A stretch of DNA of 64,000 bases from Haliotis cracherodii (taxonomy: Eukaryota): NCBI RefSeq assembly GCF_022045235.1, contig NW_027266341.1:56358001-56422000 (forward strand), read 5' to 3'. The notes beneath the pieces were generated by a model. The model searched no databases and had not been told where the DNA came from. It was given only the letters and a program-made list of their open reading frames with translations. The position numbers and the translations under genes are program-made. Positions within the stretch are counted from its first letter, which is position 1; every line of letters begins with the position of its first letter. Below are positions 37,702-50,680 of the stretch, piece by piece.

Positions 37702-39726
37702 GAGGATTTGTTGTTATTATATATAATAACGTTATTATTAACCAGAAACACCGACGTATAACGATGTGATGGAGATGTTACCATTCCAACGCAACTCAAT
37801 GACAGAATGAAATGATAGAATTGAATTAAAAGGTATTCTGTATACATGTAGGCACACATGTGTGTGTGGCTGCTTGTTCTAGGTCGGACTTATGCCTGTT
37901 TCACAGTGCTAGAGCTGCAGTTTAACATGACTCCGAGCCGACCAGTCGTTGTTTTATCCCCTTAATTATAATGCATAGAGCCTGACAGGATAACATCAAG
38001 TACGTATACCAAATACCTTTAACGTGTTTAATTTAGTACGACGACGCCAGGGGATCGAACCACCGATCTTCCAGTCTCTGGGCAGACACTCTATCCACTA
38101 CACTACTGAAGGCAATCCAATTGAATTTAGCACAGTAAATAGTGAAGTATCCATATGTTATGTTCTTGTTTCCTAATCATGTCAATGCATAGTTACCTTG
38201 TTTTGATTATCGCGAATACATTTCATTGACCCCGAAAGTCGGTATATATGCATCTTCAGAGAGGCCATCTACCTCAAATTCAAAGCACATAATCATATAC
38301 TATACATCAAAAGTATTTCTTGGTCTCGACTGTGCGTGTCATGATTCACCTATAATACAGATAATTTATCTTATATTCGAGATAAATGTCATTAGCGGAT
38401 TCTTCGAATCTGGAACTCAGTACCAATGACATTGCATTATATTTGTCTGAGGTTCAGGCAAACAATGTTATAGAAAATACAGAAACAGTAGACCAGCTGC
38501 TTGAAATTTCCATAAGTGTTCATAATATTCATAACAATTAAATTAACAAAATATACATGGACATAATATTTTCTATAAACATACATGTTCGTTTTGTTTT
38601 GAGAGCACTTTGTTTCTTGTGAGTTACAACTCGTCGTACATTGAATTCTCATAGATATTGCCGAGTTCTAATTTCTTTCACAACACCTATGCCACTGTTG
38701 CATGCTAGTAATCGAACCTTTGTCTTTAAGTATTCTGGTACGTAATGCAACCTTTCAATTATATCATTTCACCTTATATTTATTGATACTAATATGATAC
38801 AATTCGCAAGTGCAATCATAATATGTCATGCAATTTGAAAATGGCATCACAATTCTTTTATGAACACCCTACTTTTTTTAAATCCAGCTTGATCTCATTT
38901 TCGGCAGAATATTCCAGATTACTTTATTTCAATGTGAATATTGTCATATCAGTTCATAACTTGCATCACAAGCACCAGCTTGTGGTAAATAAATAGAGGG
39001 TAATTCAGTTTCAATGTTAAAAGCATCTTATTTAGATCTTTTCTTAAATCTGCAATTGTATACATGTGAATAAAGCTTAGCACGGTGTGACAGTCGTTTA
39101 TCTACTGGAATAAGAAACGTCGTTTACTGCCTAATTGCAACTCACAACTTTCTCAACTCATTGATCTATAATTTATTAGTAAGAACCAACAAAAGAAAGG
39201 ACTCTTTATATCACATTCAGATTCATGTGTATGGATGCTTGCTGGGTTATTGACATTGCTGCGGCTGTGTTGGGCAATGGGAACATTAAACACTTATTCA
39301 GCCTCATCAGTCACTAGGATATCGGAATATATAATTAAAATTAACTTTGAAATTCATCTTACTGGTGATCACATGAAATAAAACCGCAAGTTTATATTCC
39401 GTATGGTACTCATAAATTTCTACCCTTAGGGATTATTTCAGTTGTGTTAATTAGCGACCTGTGATGTCCTCTTGAAATGATGGTTTACCATCAATATTTA
39501 TCACTTTAACGTTGTGAGACTCGCAGGTACGTGTTGCCCCAGTGATCACTGTGATGTGATTATCTTTATGTGTGACAACAAACTCTTTCTCCCCGACCCC
39601 CTCCCTGGGATGGGGTAAAGAGAGTAACATGGGATTGGAGATGGGGGAGAGGGGTGATCAGGGGGTGTATAAATGTCCCTCACTTCATCCCTGTCAGACA
39701 AGTCACATCACCCCCAGCACCACAGG

Positions 39727-39732
39727 ATGAAG
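39727..39732 (+). CDS. Gene 6 coding micro-exon (Met-Lys)
   Basis: caggATGAAG|gtaagc; TATAAA 39668-39673. Confidence 0.86.
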
Positions 39733-41617
39733 GTAAGCGAACCATCATTGTTCTATTTCTTCCATTTACGTATATGTAATTATTCGTGTCAGAACAGAAT
39801 CCTAGATAGACAAGTCCAAAAAGGGACCATCTTTCGGTAGAATAAAATGTCCCCTATTTCACTCAACAAATGATGGTAATTATAATAGTTCGATAGAAAC
39901 CAACTCGCACCTTTCTTATTGCCTTTTTTTCACCACTTCACGGATTTCGTGACTTGTTTGTTTAGAGGAATACTTACCTTGCCTTTGCGCGTATTTGTGA
40001 CGGTGCCACCTGGTATCATTACGAACTGATGGGGATTCATGCTTTTGATGTAGTCGGAATCTTAGAATGGTTTTGTTGCTTTTGTTAAAACAAAGAATGG
40101 CACAGGGTATCTTTCAAGGAGCGTGCCACTTGTGTTCCATATTTCATTTTCACCACTATTTGGCTTTTACGACCAATGGAATCTGTTTCGGAAGATAATC
40201 ACGACTCATTGTTCTCTGATATTGACGTTTAATATTATCTTAAATCAAAACATTTGAAATTTTGTATCTTGATCTAGTATTCACCATAACCATGTGACCA
40301 AATGATAACGGGAACACAAACATGTCCATAGCGCTAACCTGGAATAGATAAGCTATATTTTCGTGACAGTGAGGAAAGTTAGTATGAGGCACAACCATAT
40401 AATGGATCCACTGACCAAACCATTTGTTCGACGTATTTGAACATTGAAAAAAAACCATATTATACAATCCCTCTAAATGTCTCCCTTGTCCTATTATATT
40501 GACCGAATATATTTACACTCCCATGTATAATGACCTGTGGTTATTTATACAGCCCTGATTGTCTCCTCAATTGACAGAACTCCTTGTATAGAATTTACAT
40601 CCATATGTCCTTTGATATGAAAGATATTACTGTCTTACTTGTTTCCGACATTGACAAACTTGTCTTGCCTTTTGATGTGTACCTTAGCGGATGCTACCGG
40701 TAGGGCAGGATTCATGCTTTTGATAAAGTCGGAATCTTATAACGGTTTTGTTGCTTTTGTTAAAACAAAGAATGGCACTGGGCATCTTTCAAGAAGCCTG
40801 CCACTTATGTTCCATATTTTATTTTCACCACTATTTGGCTTTTACACCCAGTGGAATATGTTTCGGAAGATAATCACGACACATTGTTCTCCACAATTGA
40901 CAGAACTCCTTGTATAGAATTTACATCCATATGTCCTTTGATATGAAAGATATTACTGTCTTAATTGTTTCCGACACTGACAAACTTATAGGATTTACAT
41001 CGTCTTGCCTTTTGATGTGTACCTTAGCAGGTGCTGATGGTAGAACAGGATGAACTTACCCTTTTCGCGAATACCTCGTGTCACCCCAGGTTTTCAGTGA
41101 TCCATTCATGTAACTGTCACCACCATTTTGCTTTTTACGCCAAATGAAATCTCGGTAGATAACAGAGACATCCCTGGCGTTGATGTTTATAATAATTATT
41201 TACTGTCTTAAATATTTCCCACATTGACAAGATGATAGGATTTACAGCAATATGCCTAGTATTTTGTCAGTTTAACAATAATGAATAATATGTCTTCAAA
41301 ATTGCCAGGACTTTAACATTTTAGGGTTCTCATCTATATGCCTTATGGCTTATGTTAGCTTTCGATCGCATTGTTTTTCACATTGACAAGAGGACAAGAT
41401 CATAACATTTACATGAATATGCCTGGTATTGTGTCAGGTCAACAACACTACCTAAAATGTCTTCACAATTGCCATGACTATACCACTTTAGGGTTTTCAT
41501 CTCAATGCCTTGCGGCTTATGTTAGTTTACGGTCTTATTGTCCCCGCCAATAATAAGTTTTAAGGTTTACTTGCCCACTGGGCCATGTTAACTGTACTGC
41601 CTCTATTGTCTTCGCAG

Positions 41618-42580
41618 ATTGTCGTCGTGCTTACCGCTCTCTGCGCCACCGCCCTGGGCGAGATCCCCCTTCTCGGATTCGGTGGATTAGGGGGTTTTGG
41701 TTCCCTCAATCTGGGACTCGGTCAGCTCGGCGTCAAGAAAATTCATCCTCTTTCCGACGCAGGCCATGGCTACGGCCACGACAGCTACAAGCCCAAGGGT
41801 TACGCCAAGGCAAGCACTTTCGACCACGGTTACAAGCCAAAGGACAGCTACACACCCAGTTACGATGATGGTTACAAACCCCAAACCCATGACCAGGGCA
41901 GCTACAAGCCCAGCGGCTACAAGCACCAGGTGTATGGCAGCGACTACGACTACAAACCTAACAGCTACAACAACTACGACTACAAGCCCAAGGGATACAA
42001 CAACGACCACAAGCCCAACAGCTACAACAACTACGATTATAAGCCTCAGAGTTACAGCAACGACCACAAACCTAACAGCTACAACAGCTACGACTACAAG
42101 CCCCAGGGATACAGCAACGACCACAAACCTAACAGCTACAACAACTACGACTACAAGCCCCAGGGATACAACAATGACCACAAACCTAACAGCTACAACA
42201 ACTACGACTACAAGCCCCAGGGATACAACACCGACCACAAACCAAACAGCTACAACAACTACGACTACAAGCCCCAAGGCTACAACAACGACCATAAACC
42301 TAACAGCTACGACTACAAGCCCCAAGGCTACAACAACGACCATAAACCCAACAGCTACGACTACAAGCCCCAAGGCTACAACAACGACCACAAACCTAAC
42401 AGCTACAACAACTACAACTACAAGCCCCAGGGATACAACGCCGACCACAAACCCAACAGCTACAACTACAACTTTAAGCCCCAAACCTACAATGGTGGTT
42501 ACAAACCCAGCAGCTACAACAACCACCTTGGCTACAACGCCAAGCTCCACAGTGTCCACCCAGTGGTTGGATATCTGTGA
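41618..42580 (+). CDS. Gene 6 main exon: secreted Tyr/Lys/Asn/Asp-rich YKP-repeat protein, 322 aa; join(39727..39732,41618..42580)
   Basis: tcttcgcag acceptor; MKIVVVLTALCATALG|E signal peptide; tandem YDYKPQGYNNDHKPNSYNN units; AATAAA 42928-42933. Confidence 0.92.
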   Translation: MVVVLTALCATALGEIPLLGFGGLGGFGSLNLGLGQLGVKKIHPLSDAGHGYGHDSYKPKGYAKASTFDHGYKPKDSYTPSYDDGYKPQTHDQGSYKPSGYKHQVYGSDYDYKPNSYNNYDYKPKGYNNDHKPNSYNNYDYKPQSYSNDHKPNSYNSYDYKPQGYSNDHKPNSYNNYDYKPQGYNNDHKPNSYNNYDYKPQGYNTDHKPNSYNNYDYKPQGYNNDHKPNSYDYKPQGYNNDHKPNSYDYKPQGYNNDHKPNSYNNYNYKPQGYNADHKPNSYNYNFKPQTYNGGYKPSSYNNHLGYNAKLHSVHPVVGYL

Positions 42581-43212
42581 ATCTATGGTAATCTCTGGAT
42601 TTCAGTTCGGGATGACAAACCATTGTACAAACTCATTCTTGGGCCGAGTGGTGAAAAGTGGACCATCTCCAGTATGATACAGAAACACATTGTGGATTTA
42701 AATATGATGTATATCTGAAGGCAATGTCTGAGCAACGCAACTGTTGTATTCCTATAGATAGCGATATATCCTGTAAATTGCATCAGGTGGCTTAAATCAC
42801 GTCTTAAACTGTCCATGTTTTGCTGGAACCTCGTATTTTCATTCTCTGAGTTTTGGTTTTATACTTTGTGTGGTTGGTCAACATACCGGTGTGTATCTTT
42901 GATGTTTTGTACACCTCACGTCTAAACAATAAATTTCTACAATATTCGTTGTTTTCCTGTGCGACATTGTCATCAGTTGTGTGAGTGAGTGTGGTTTTAT
43001 TTCACTTTTAAGCAATAACACGGTGGGAGAAAACCAGAAATGGGCATCACCATTTGTACCCATGTGAGGAATCGAACCCGTCCACTCGGCTTGACGACCC
43101 AAAGTTTTAAACATCGATCTTCCCCATCACAAATTTCACCATGAAAATAGAGAACATACAAATTGGTATAAATGAATAATAATTCTGAAAAAAATAGGAA
43201 GTAACTTTATGA

Positions 43213-43471
43213 TGGTTGGTTGGTTAACGCCGCACTCAGCAATATTCCAGCTATATGACGGCGGTCTGTAAATAATCGAGTCTGGACCAGACAATCCAGT
43301 GATTGATATCATGAGCATCGATTCACGCAATTTGGATGGATGACATGCATCAACCAAGTCAGCGAGCCTGACCACCCGATCCCGTCAGTCGCCTTTTACG
43401 ACAGGCATAGTCGTCTTTTACGGCAAGCATGGGTTGGTGAAGACCTATTCTAATCCGGATCTTCACGGGTC
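43213..43471 (-). mobile_element. SINE-like family C, complete copy (others 45320-45528 -, 45883-46040 +, 54607-54861 +, 56500-56773 -)
   Basis: Multiple near-identical dispersed copies; imperfect TSD agtaac.t.atgatg on both sides; (AACC/AAAC)n tail. Confidence 0.85.
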
Positions 43472-44763
43472 AGTAACCTAATGATGCCTCAAGGCACCAT
43501 CTTCCCAGGAATTATAGACCAGTGCATATAAAAATAAAAGACATTTGAAACAGAACGGCGTTTATAGTTTTAGTGCAAGCATGATAAATGAGAAACGTGA
43601 TCACAAGTATGACTGTCTGTTATGATTGTATTCGATTTGGTAAATTTAGACATAAAATCCAAAAACTGACTAAACTTTCGTATTCTCGAACTCGCGTAAA
43701 ACGTTCTACCCTGGTAGAGTTCTTAATGGCACTATACTCTAACCTTTGCGGTCTCTTTGTCTCGAACTGCATAGCTCGACTTAAACCTTATAGACAACTG
43801 ACTACAGCAGGATGGTCAGTATGGTCTATTATTAGAATAACTCGAGCACTTCGAGTTAATGAGGTTACTCTGTTACAATTCAGCTTAATTCATTCAGTTT
43901 ATGTTGTCTTCTTATAATGGTGACAGTGTCTCCACACTGGACATAACAAAGATGTATCTCTCAGCAACCGTGTTCAATTATGTGAAGCTTGTGGGAATGT
44001 TTAGCAAGTATATGTACAAAAGGCGTTAATGTCTAACCTATTCCAGTTAATCAATAATTTGGTTTGCTATACATAAACATGTCAGTTCACTCACATTGAG
44101 AAACAAACAAACACTTCTGTAGAAGACATTTACAGAACGAATATGTGGTTAAATTGGAAAATTTTCAAGGAGTTCCACGGGGAAAGTAATTTTTTGCATG
44201 TTTAACGCCGTTTTGATCAATACTTAAGCCTAATCACGTGGTCTTATTGCAAAACAAAAACAGTCAACAGAATTGAATTACAACTAGATCCATTTTAGAT
44301 TAACATAAATAATTGATTTTTATAGCGCTAACTCCCAAAGTGAACAGCTGTTCAGAGGCACTTGACATGGGAAAGATTAGGAAATGGTTAATGGGCTCAT
44401 TAGCAGGGAAAAGTTTTAAGAAGATTGCCTAATGCTTCAACTGTTTAACCTCATTTGAGATCTCGAAAAATTTAGTTTCCACGTTGTGCACCTGCAACCG
44501 AAAATGAACGTTCCCCACTGCTTAGATACTTGTCACACATTCGTATAGGTGTCTAGATTGAAATTCGTCATCGATATTCATGAGTTTATGTGAATTGTTT
44601 GTTTTATCACATTCAAGTAATATAAAATCGAGGATAGGACAATCGGAAAAAGAGTAAAACTATTATAAGAGCTATATGTATCGCGGAGTTGATTTATGTT
44701 AAGGAGAATATACGAGTTACCCTGGGTTCGTGTATAAGAATCACCGAATCCTGCATGAATCCT

Positions 44764-45123
44764 GAGGGGAGGGGAGGTGAAATGGGGTTTAACGTCGCGT
44801 CAAAGATTATTGTACTTATATAGCGACGTGCATGCACGTGTGTGTGTTTGTGTGGCTGCTTGTGCTAGTCCGGACTGATGCCGAAATATAGTTCGAGCCC
44901 ACTGAGATACCATGCCGCAGTTTAACATGAATACCCCACTCAGACACAGTATCCTGACTGCGAGCCGACCAGTCCTTGTTTAAGCCCCTTAATGCCGAGC
45001 GCCAGACAGGGTAACAACAAGTACCATCTTTTAACGTATTTTGGTATGACGCGGCCGGGGATCGAACCCCGGACCTTCCGCTCTCTGGGCGGACGCTCTA
45101 CCACTAGACCACGGAGGTGGTCC
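44764..45123 (-). mobile_element. Full-length SINE family A
   Basis: Reverse complement of the family A consensus; imperfect TSD catg(g)aatcctga. Confidence 0.9.
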
Positions 45124-46745
45124 ATGGAATCCTGAAAATCGGTGTAGGTAGCAAAATGTAACGCAACATTATAAGTATAATGTTTAAAAACTTAACGAAT
45201 TATACACTTATTTGGAAATATTTAAGATTTAATTTCGAACCGATTTCTCCTGTATCACCGTAGCCGAGGTCCACTATAACACGTCCCCAAATCGTACTAT
45301 GCTTGTTCTTGTTGTCGTTGTTTATTGTCCAACGCCGCACTCAGCAATATTCCATCTGTATGACGGCGGTCTGTAAATAATAACTCTGGACCAGACAATC
45401 TAGTGATTAATGTCATGAGCATCGATCCACGCAATTGGGATACGGTGATCATGACATGCATTAGCGAGCCTGCCAATCCGATCCCGTTAGTCGCCTCTTA
45501 TGACAAGCATACTCGCCTTTTACGGGTCCTTCTATGCGAGTTAGCTGACGACATATATATTCGGACAATATTTAATATCACTTGAATGTCAAAACAAATA
45601 GTTCCTTCAATTCATGTGTACAATGATTGACATGTGGCTTCAACATCATCTCAGCATGAATACTTGACAACCAACTGTACATTTGTGACAAATAATAGAA
45701 TATGTAAACACAAGATTTAAGTGTTTTAAGTTCGAAAACAAAACGACAGAATCTTCATCCTCATCAATGTACGATTTACACTGACGCAAATTCGATAAAT
45801 GGAATATGTCAATTATTTCTAACCATTTGCGAAACCTTAAAATCATAATCGAAGTTATAGAAACTGATTTTTAGTTTAATCAAGCTCGCTGACTTGGTTG
45901 ATGCATGTCATCGTACCCCAATTGCGTAGATCGATACTCGTGATGTCAATCACTGGATTGTCCGGCCCAGACTCGGTTATTTACAGACCGCTCTCATACA
46001 GTTGAAACACTGCTGAGTGCGGCGTTAGACAACAAACAAAACATTTAATAGCCTCTAAAGACAGGCGCTAGTGTATTTGGCACCTAATGTCGGTGACCTA
46101 TTGTGAGCGGGTCCACACGTAGTTCAAAGGAGGATGGTTTTCGGAGTCATTGTCAATGGTATCATGTATCTTCGTTTATTCTGGGCATAAACACAAATGT
46201 TTTCAGGAACAGCTCTGCTGTGTGGATATATACGTTGGGACCAGACACAAGTATAACCCTATCGGTTGGAAGTCGATCTGTGTAAAACTCCCGTCCTTGA
46301 CTTGTTCTTACAGTTGAACAAGGAAGAATATTCAAATCAGGGTTTACGATAACAGTAATATTTTGTGAGAGCCTATGAAATATATTTGAATGGCGATGTA
46401 CATGTAGACGACTTTATATTGACGTGACATAGTGAAAACCTTCAGAGCTTAATTCGACTTATAATTCATTACAACTGCTTTTTTTGTTCTTACATTTTAG
46501 ACATCGAAGTAATATAAGATCGAGACAACAGAAATTCGACACAACGGATTCGCTTAAACACAGAGCAAACTATATATTTTGTATTTCGTAGTAAACGACC
46601 AATTCAGTTCGAGAGTTCCGTGTGTTCGATATTAATATCGCCACAATGTTGTTCGGTAGTACACATGTTTAGTAATGCTTTCCTTGTTTCGAAAGCACAC
46701 ACCCAATGTTAATCACGCTTTTAAAACCGAAAGCACCTCACCGAA

Positions 46746-46801
46746 TGAGGTGAGGTGAAATGGGGTTCAACGTCGCGTCACAGATTATGTAGCAACGTGC
46801 A

Positions 46802-46833
<32 letters not shown>

Positions 46834-47063
46834 TGTGTGTGTGTGCTTGTACTTGTCCTGACTAATGCCGATTATATAGTGCTAAAGCACTGAGATACTA
46901 TGCCGCAGTTTAACATGAATACCCCATGTATACTGACTCCGAGCCGACCAGTCCTTGCTTAAGCCCCTTAATCCCGATCGCCTGGCAGTGTAACAACAAG
47001 TACCATCTTTTAACGTCTTTTGGTATGACGCGGTCGGGGATCGAACCCGGACCTTCCGCTCTC
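46746..47063 (-). mobile_element. 5'-truncated SINE family A with expanded (TG)n
   Basis: Family A body and tail. Confidence 0.85.
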
Positions 47064-47370
47064 GGTAAAAAGGACATGTTATTAAGAAATGTAATTCCTC
47101 TTCAATAATTCTCATATTTAACTGCTATAAACATTGTGGGCAAATTCTATCAAGAAGAAGGGTTGGTTATTTGTTAAAACGTTCAGTTTCTATGGCAAGA
47201 GGTAAAGATTCGCATCTGAACAAAGCTAAAACGGTGGTCCCCATATTTTACATTTAAAACATACGATTCAACAACATTTTGCGTCTTAAATTGCCTGTAA
47301 ATTCTACGCTTATTGCCATTTACATTATTTCGGTCGTCCCACAATTCTCTACATTGCAGATTCTCGGGTA
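47064..47370 (-). mobile_element. Degenerate LINE ORF2 C-terminal fragment
   Basis: NKRRIYRQFK..ESYV and EEELHFLITCPFY motifs on the minus strand. Confidence 0.65.
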
Positions 47371-48072
47371 CGTACACTAGTGTCACTGCTATAGTCATTC
47401 AAGCACATTAATTGGTAGTTGAATAGATGTGGATGAATTGGTAGTTGAATAGATGTGGATGAATTAGGAAATAACAACGCAACAATGACATATTCAATTA
47501 CTTATACACCGATTACATATACTAAACACCAAATATAATCTGAATCATGTTGGCCATGGTCAGCTTATCAAAATAAAATAAAACGCCTTTGTCGGGAAAT
47601 CTAAGCGACGTCACAGATAATCATAGACCATTCAAAGCCATAACATTAGAGAGACAATTTACCTGTTATTCCATTGTTACGTAACACAGAGACAGTGTAC
47701 CTTTGAAAGAAGACTACCCCCGAAAAGCTCCAATCCCCACCCAGCGGCACGCCATTGATCCCCAGGGGCCCTATGTTATAAGGCATCGTCCGTGACTGAC
47801 CAGGACACCCACGCTGTAATTATCAGTGACTGGTGACTTGAAGACGCCGACCATCACGACATGCTGATATTACCTTACAAATAATGCGGTTGTCAATACT
47901 ACAGTTGGACTATGAAAGTGTCAGTACTGTTTCCTTATGTTAATAGAATTATGTTAGATAGCAGTAAAGTTTAACTGTCCAGGTAAAGTATATATAATGA
48001 ATGTCGAGGCTGGGGGAGACCAACGTGGGTCGCTGAAACATTTACCGTTTTGCTACATCTACACACGGCAAC

Positions 48073-48078
48073 ATGAGG
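48073..48078 (+). CDS. Gene 7 coding micro-exon (Met-Arg)
   Basis: caacATGAGG|gtgagt consensus donor; TATATATAA 47989-47997 lies 84 nt upstream, similar to the sister genes (59-82 nt). The intron contains an N-gap, so the join is inferred. Confidence 0.75.
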
Positions 48079-48182
48079 GTGAGTTTGCTGTTACATTTTT
48101 TACAATTAAAATGTCTTCTATTTTCGCGAACACCAGGTATTATTACAAAATGCAAAAAGCAGCAAAGATGGTCTGGATTATC

Positions 48183-48415
48183 NNNNNNNNNNNNNNNNNN
48201 NNNNNNNNNNNNNNNNNNNNNNNNNNNNNNNNNNNNNNNNNNNNNNNNNNNNNNNNNNNNNNNNNNNNNNNNNNNNNNNNNNNNNNNNNNNNNNNNNNNN
48301 NNNNNNNNNNNNNNNNNNNNNNNNNNNNNNNNNNNNNNNNNNNNNNNNNNNNNNNNNNNNNNNNNNNNNNNNNNNNNNNNNNNNNNNNNNNNNNNNNNNN
48401 NNNNNNNNNNNNNNN
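48183..48415. other. Assembly gap (N run)
   Basis: N bases. Confidence 1.
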
Positions 48416-49947
48416 ATCTTGAGATTAATGAAGCAAGGTTTAATATCAGGAGTTAATCTGTGCCACGTTTCCCCGTAGGCTGTGTGTTCATGTACAATAC
48501 ATATGACTTGGGACATCGTGGTAATGGATGCTTGATATTATTTGACGTTGTTTTGTGATAATTTGGGGTTCAGGTCGTCACTTTGGGTGTTACTTATATT
48601 ATACATCTGTATGTTTCTGATCCATCAATCAGTCGAGAATATTTCTTGAATTTATTCCAAGTATGTAAATCTTATTCGTTGACTTTCGAGAGAATTATGC
48701 TCACATATTTCTACATGTCACCTTCTCGGGCTTCATATGACGATATAGATATAACTAGAGAAAATGTATACAGTTTGTCATTGAAACGGAACAGTTCTGT
48801 TATAGACGTGTCTTTTACTTTACAATGCGCATAGTTTCGCCGAGATAATGGTCTGCAGTTTCGTACATCGGTAAAGCGCTTGATGATATTAGTGATGTGG
48901 GCGGAAGGGTAGCCGAGTGGTTGGAGCTTTCTCCTCAGGAAAAAGGCCGAGTTCGATCTCCCATATGGGTAGAATGCGTAAAACCCATTTCTGGTGTCTC
49001 CCGACGTGACATTGCTGAACTATTGCTAACAGCGGCGGAAAACCATTCTCACTAACTCACTCGCTCACACGCACATAAGCGTTGCCATTTAACACATTAT
49101 CTTGTCGTGAAATCATATTGCGCTAAGAGCCGACCTCTTCCACTCTTTCAGTTGAAACTTATCATAGTCGTACAATCATCTTCCTATCAAGATAATCTTA
49201 TACAGTATATCTACGAAAAGTAAAATCCGGTTGTTGTCCATACAATTGTTTGTATAGTCTATATATTATAGACTATATATATTTTTATATTTATAACATA
49301 ATTTCTTTTTCTCACTCCTTTCTTTGTCCCATATCTATAGTTATTGAGCCTTAAAGTCAGATTGACCAATCAGAGAGCAGAACCACTAACCCCATATGAG
49401 CCCGTGTCCCGTCAGTCACATTTTGGATTTTCCAACACCCACCTCACATACTTCACATAAACATTCTGGTTCAGAAATTCGTTATTCGACACTTTTTTGT
49501 GTTTAGATACCATTAGTTTTGATGTTGAGGGCGTTAATACTTTTTTTAGATCACGTTCGTTGATAATGATTGTAGTTAAAATCAACAAGGTTTGGCCTCT
49601 AAGATTTGAAGAGTAGTCTCCCTTTGACCCTATAATACGTCAACGGTTGTAAGCGTCAAGTTTTCAGTTAGACATGACATATGCGATATAGATACCAGAC
49701 AGAGTAAACTTTCCGGCATAATAATTTCTTTATGGTGTCGTAGGTGCCGTATTCGGTGTCATATTAGGTTAGGCTGACGCCTCGCCCAATATCTTTCTGC
49801 TGCCGTACACTGCAACTAAAGACATCATAACCAACAATACCTGTATTGGTTACTTGTCTCAATTGTTATTTCACAAGTTAGGACACAATAACTTGTGGTC
49901 AGTCCACCCCATGTCAATATTACACACACGTGATATTTAGTCATTAA

Positions 49948-50248
49948 GTGAGTGAGTGAGTGAGTGAGTGAGTCAGTGAGTAGGGTTTAACGCCGCTTTT
50001 AACAATATTCTAGTTACATCGCGGCGTGTCAGCTTGATGTGGGAGAAAAAAACACAGAGTGATGCAGGTCTCATTCGTTAACCACTTCGGTGAAACCCAC
50101 GAGCACGGGTATGGTGCTGACAAACCTAAAAACATAATCGGGGCGAACCGGGATTCGAACCCACAATCACAGGTTTCTGGCGTGCGCAAGGACGCAACTC
50201 TGCACTGTGGATCGCGGCGCCTTAGACGACTGGGCCACCCGTGCCCCC
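49948..50248 (-). mobile_element. SINE family B (tRNA-Leu-like head), in gene 7 intron
   Basis: Head GGGGGCACGGGTGGCCCAGTCGTCTAAGGCGC...GGGTTCGAATCCC; (TCAC)n tail; tcattaag on both flanks. Confidence 0.87.
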
Positions 50249-50680
50249 TAATCATTAAGAGCCACGATGAAAGTAACTAAACACCTACAAAGCTTGCATT
50301 ATTATTACTATAACACTGAAGCAAAATGCAAAATGTTTAATTTTAAATTAATGCATTAACTATTAAAATAATGTATTATCTTTAAATGAGACTCGTTATG
50401 TTAAACCGATAATTTTAATTTATATCCCACAGGTCCTCACCCTCTACCTGTGTTTTCTTCCTGTGCCCCCTAATCATTAAGAGCCACGATGAAAGTAACT
50501 AAACACCTACAAAGCTTGCATTATTATTACTAGAACATTGAAGCAAAATGCAAAATGTTTAATTTTAAATTAATGCATTAACTATTAAAATAATGTATTA
50601 TCTTTAAATGAGACTCGTTATGTTAAACTGATAATTTTAATTTATATCCCACAGGTCCTCACCGTCTTCCTGTGTTTTCT
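50241..50680 (+). repeat. 222-bp tandem duplication covering the gene 7 splice acceptor
   Basis: Copies start at 50241 and 50463; acceptors tcccacag|GTCCTCACC at 50432/50433 and 50654/50655. Confidence 0.9.

Noticed and set aside
47776-47885. TATAAG followed by acgacATGCTG as another first exon
   Set aside because: No GT donor before the in-frame stop (MLILPYK*).
47997-48516. ORFs spanning N runs (also 60871-61282)
   Set aside because: Artefacts of assembly gaps; only the ATGAGG at 48073 is retained, as a micro-exon.
50267-50494. gccacgATGAAA|gtaact (two copies) as the first exon of gene 7
   Set aside because: No TATA box at the expected distance and a weaker donor; ATGAGG|gtgagt at 48073 fits the cluster pattern better. 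Not fully excluded without transcripts.
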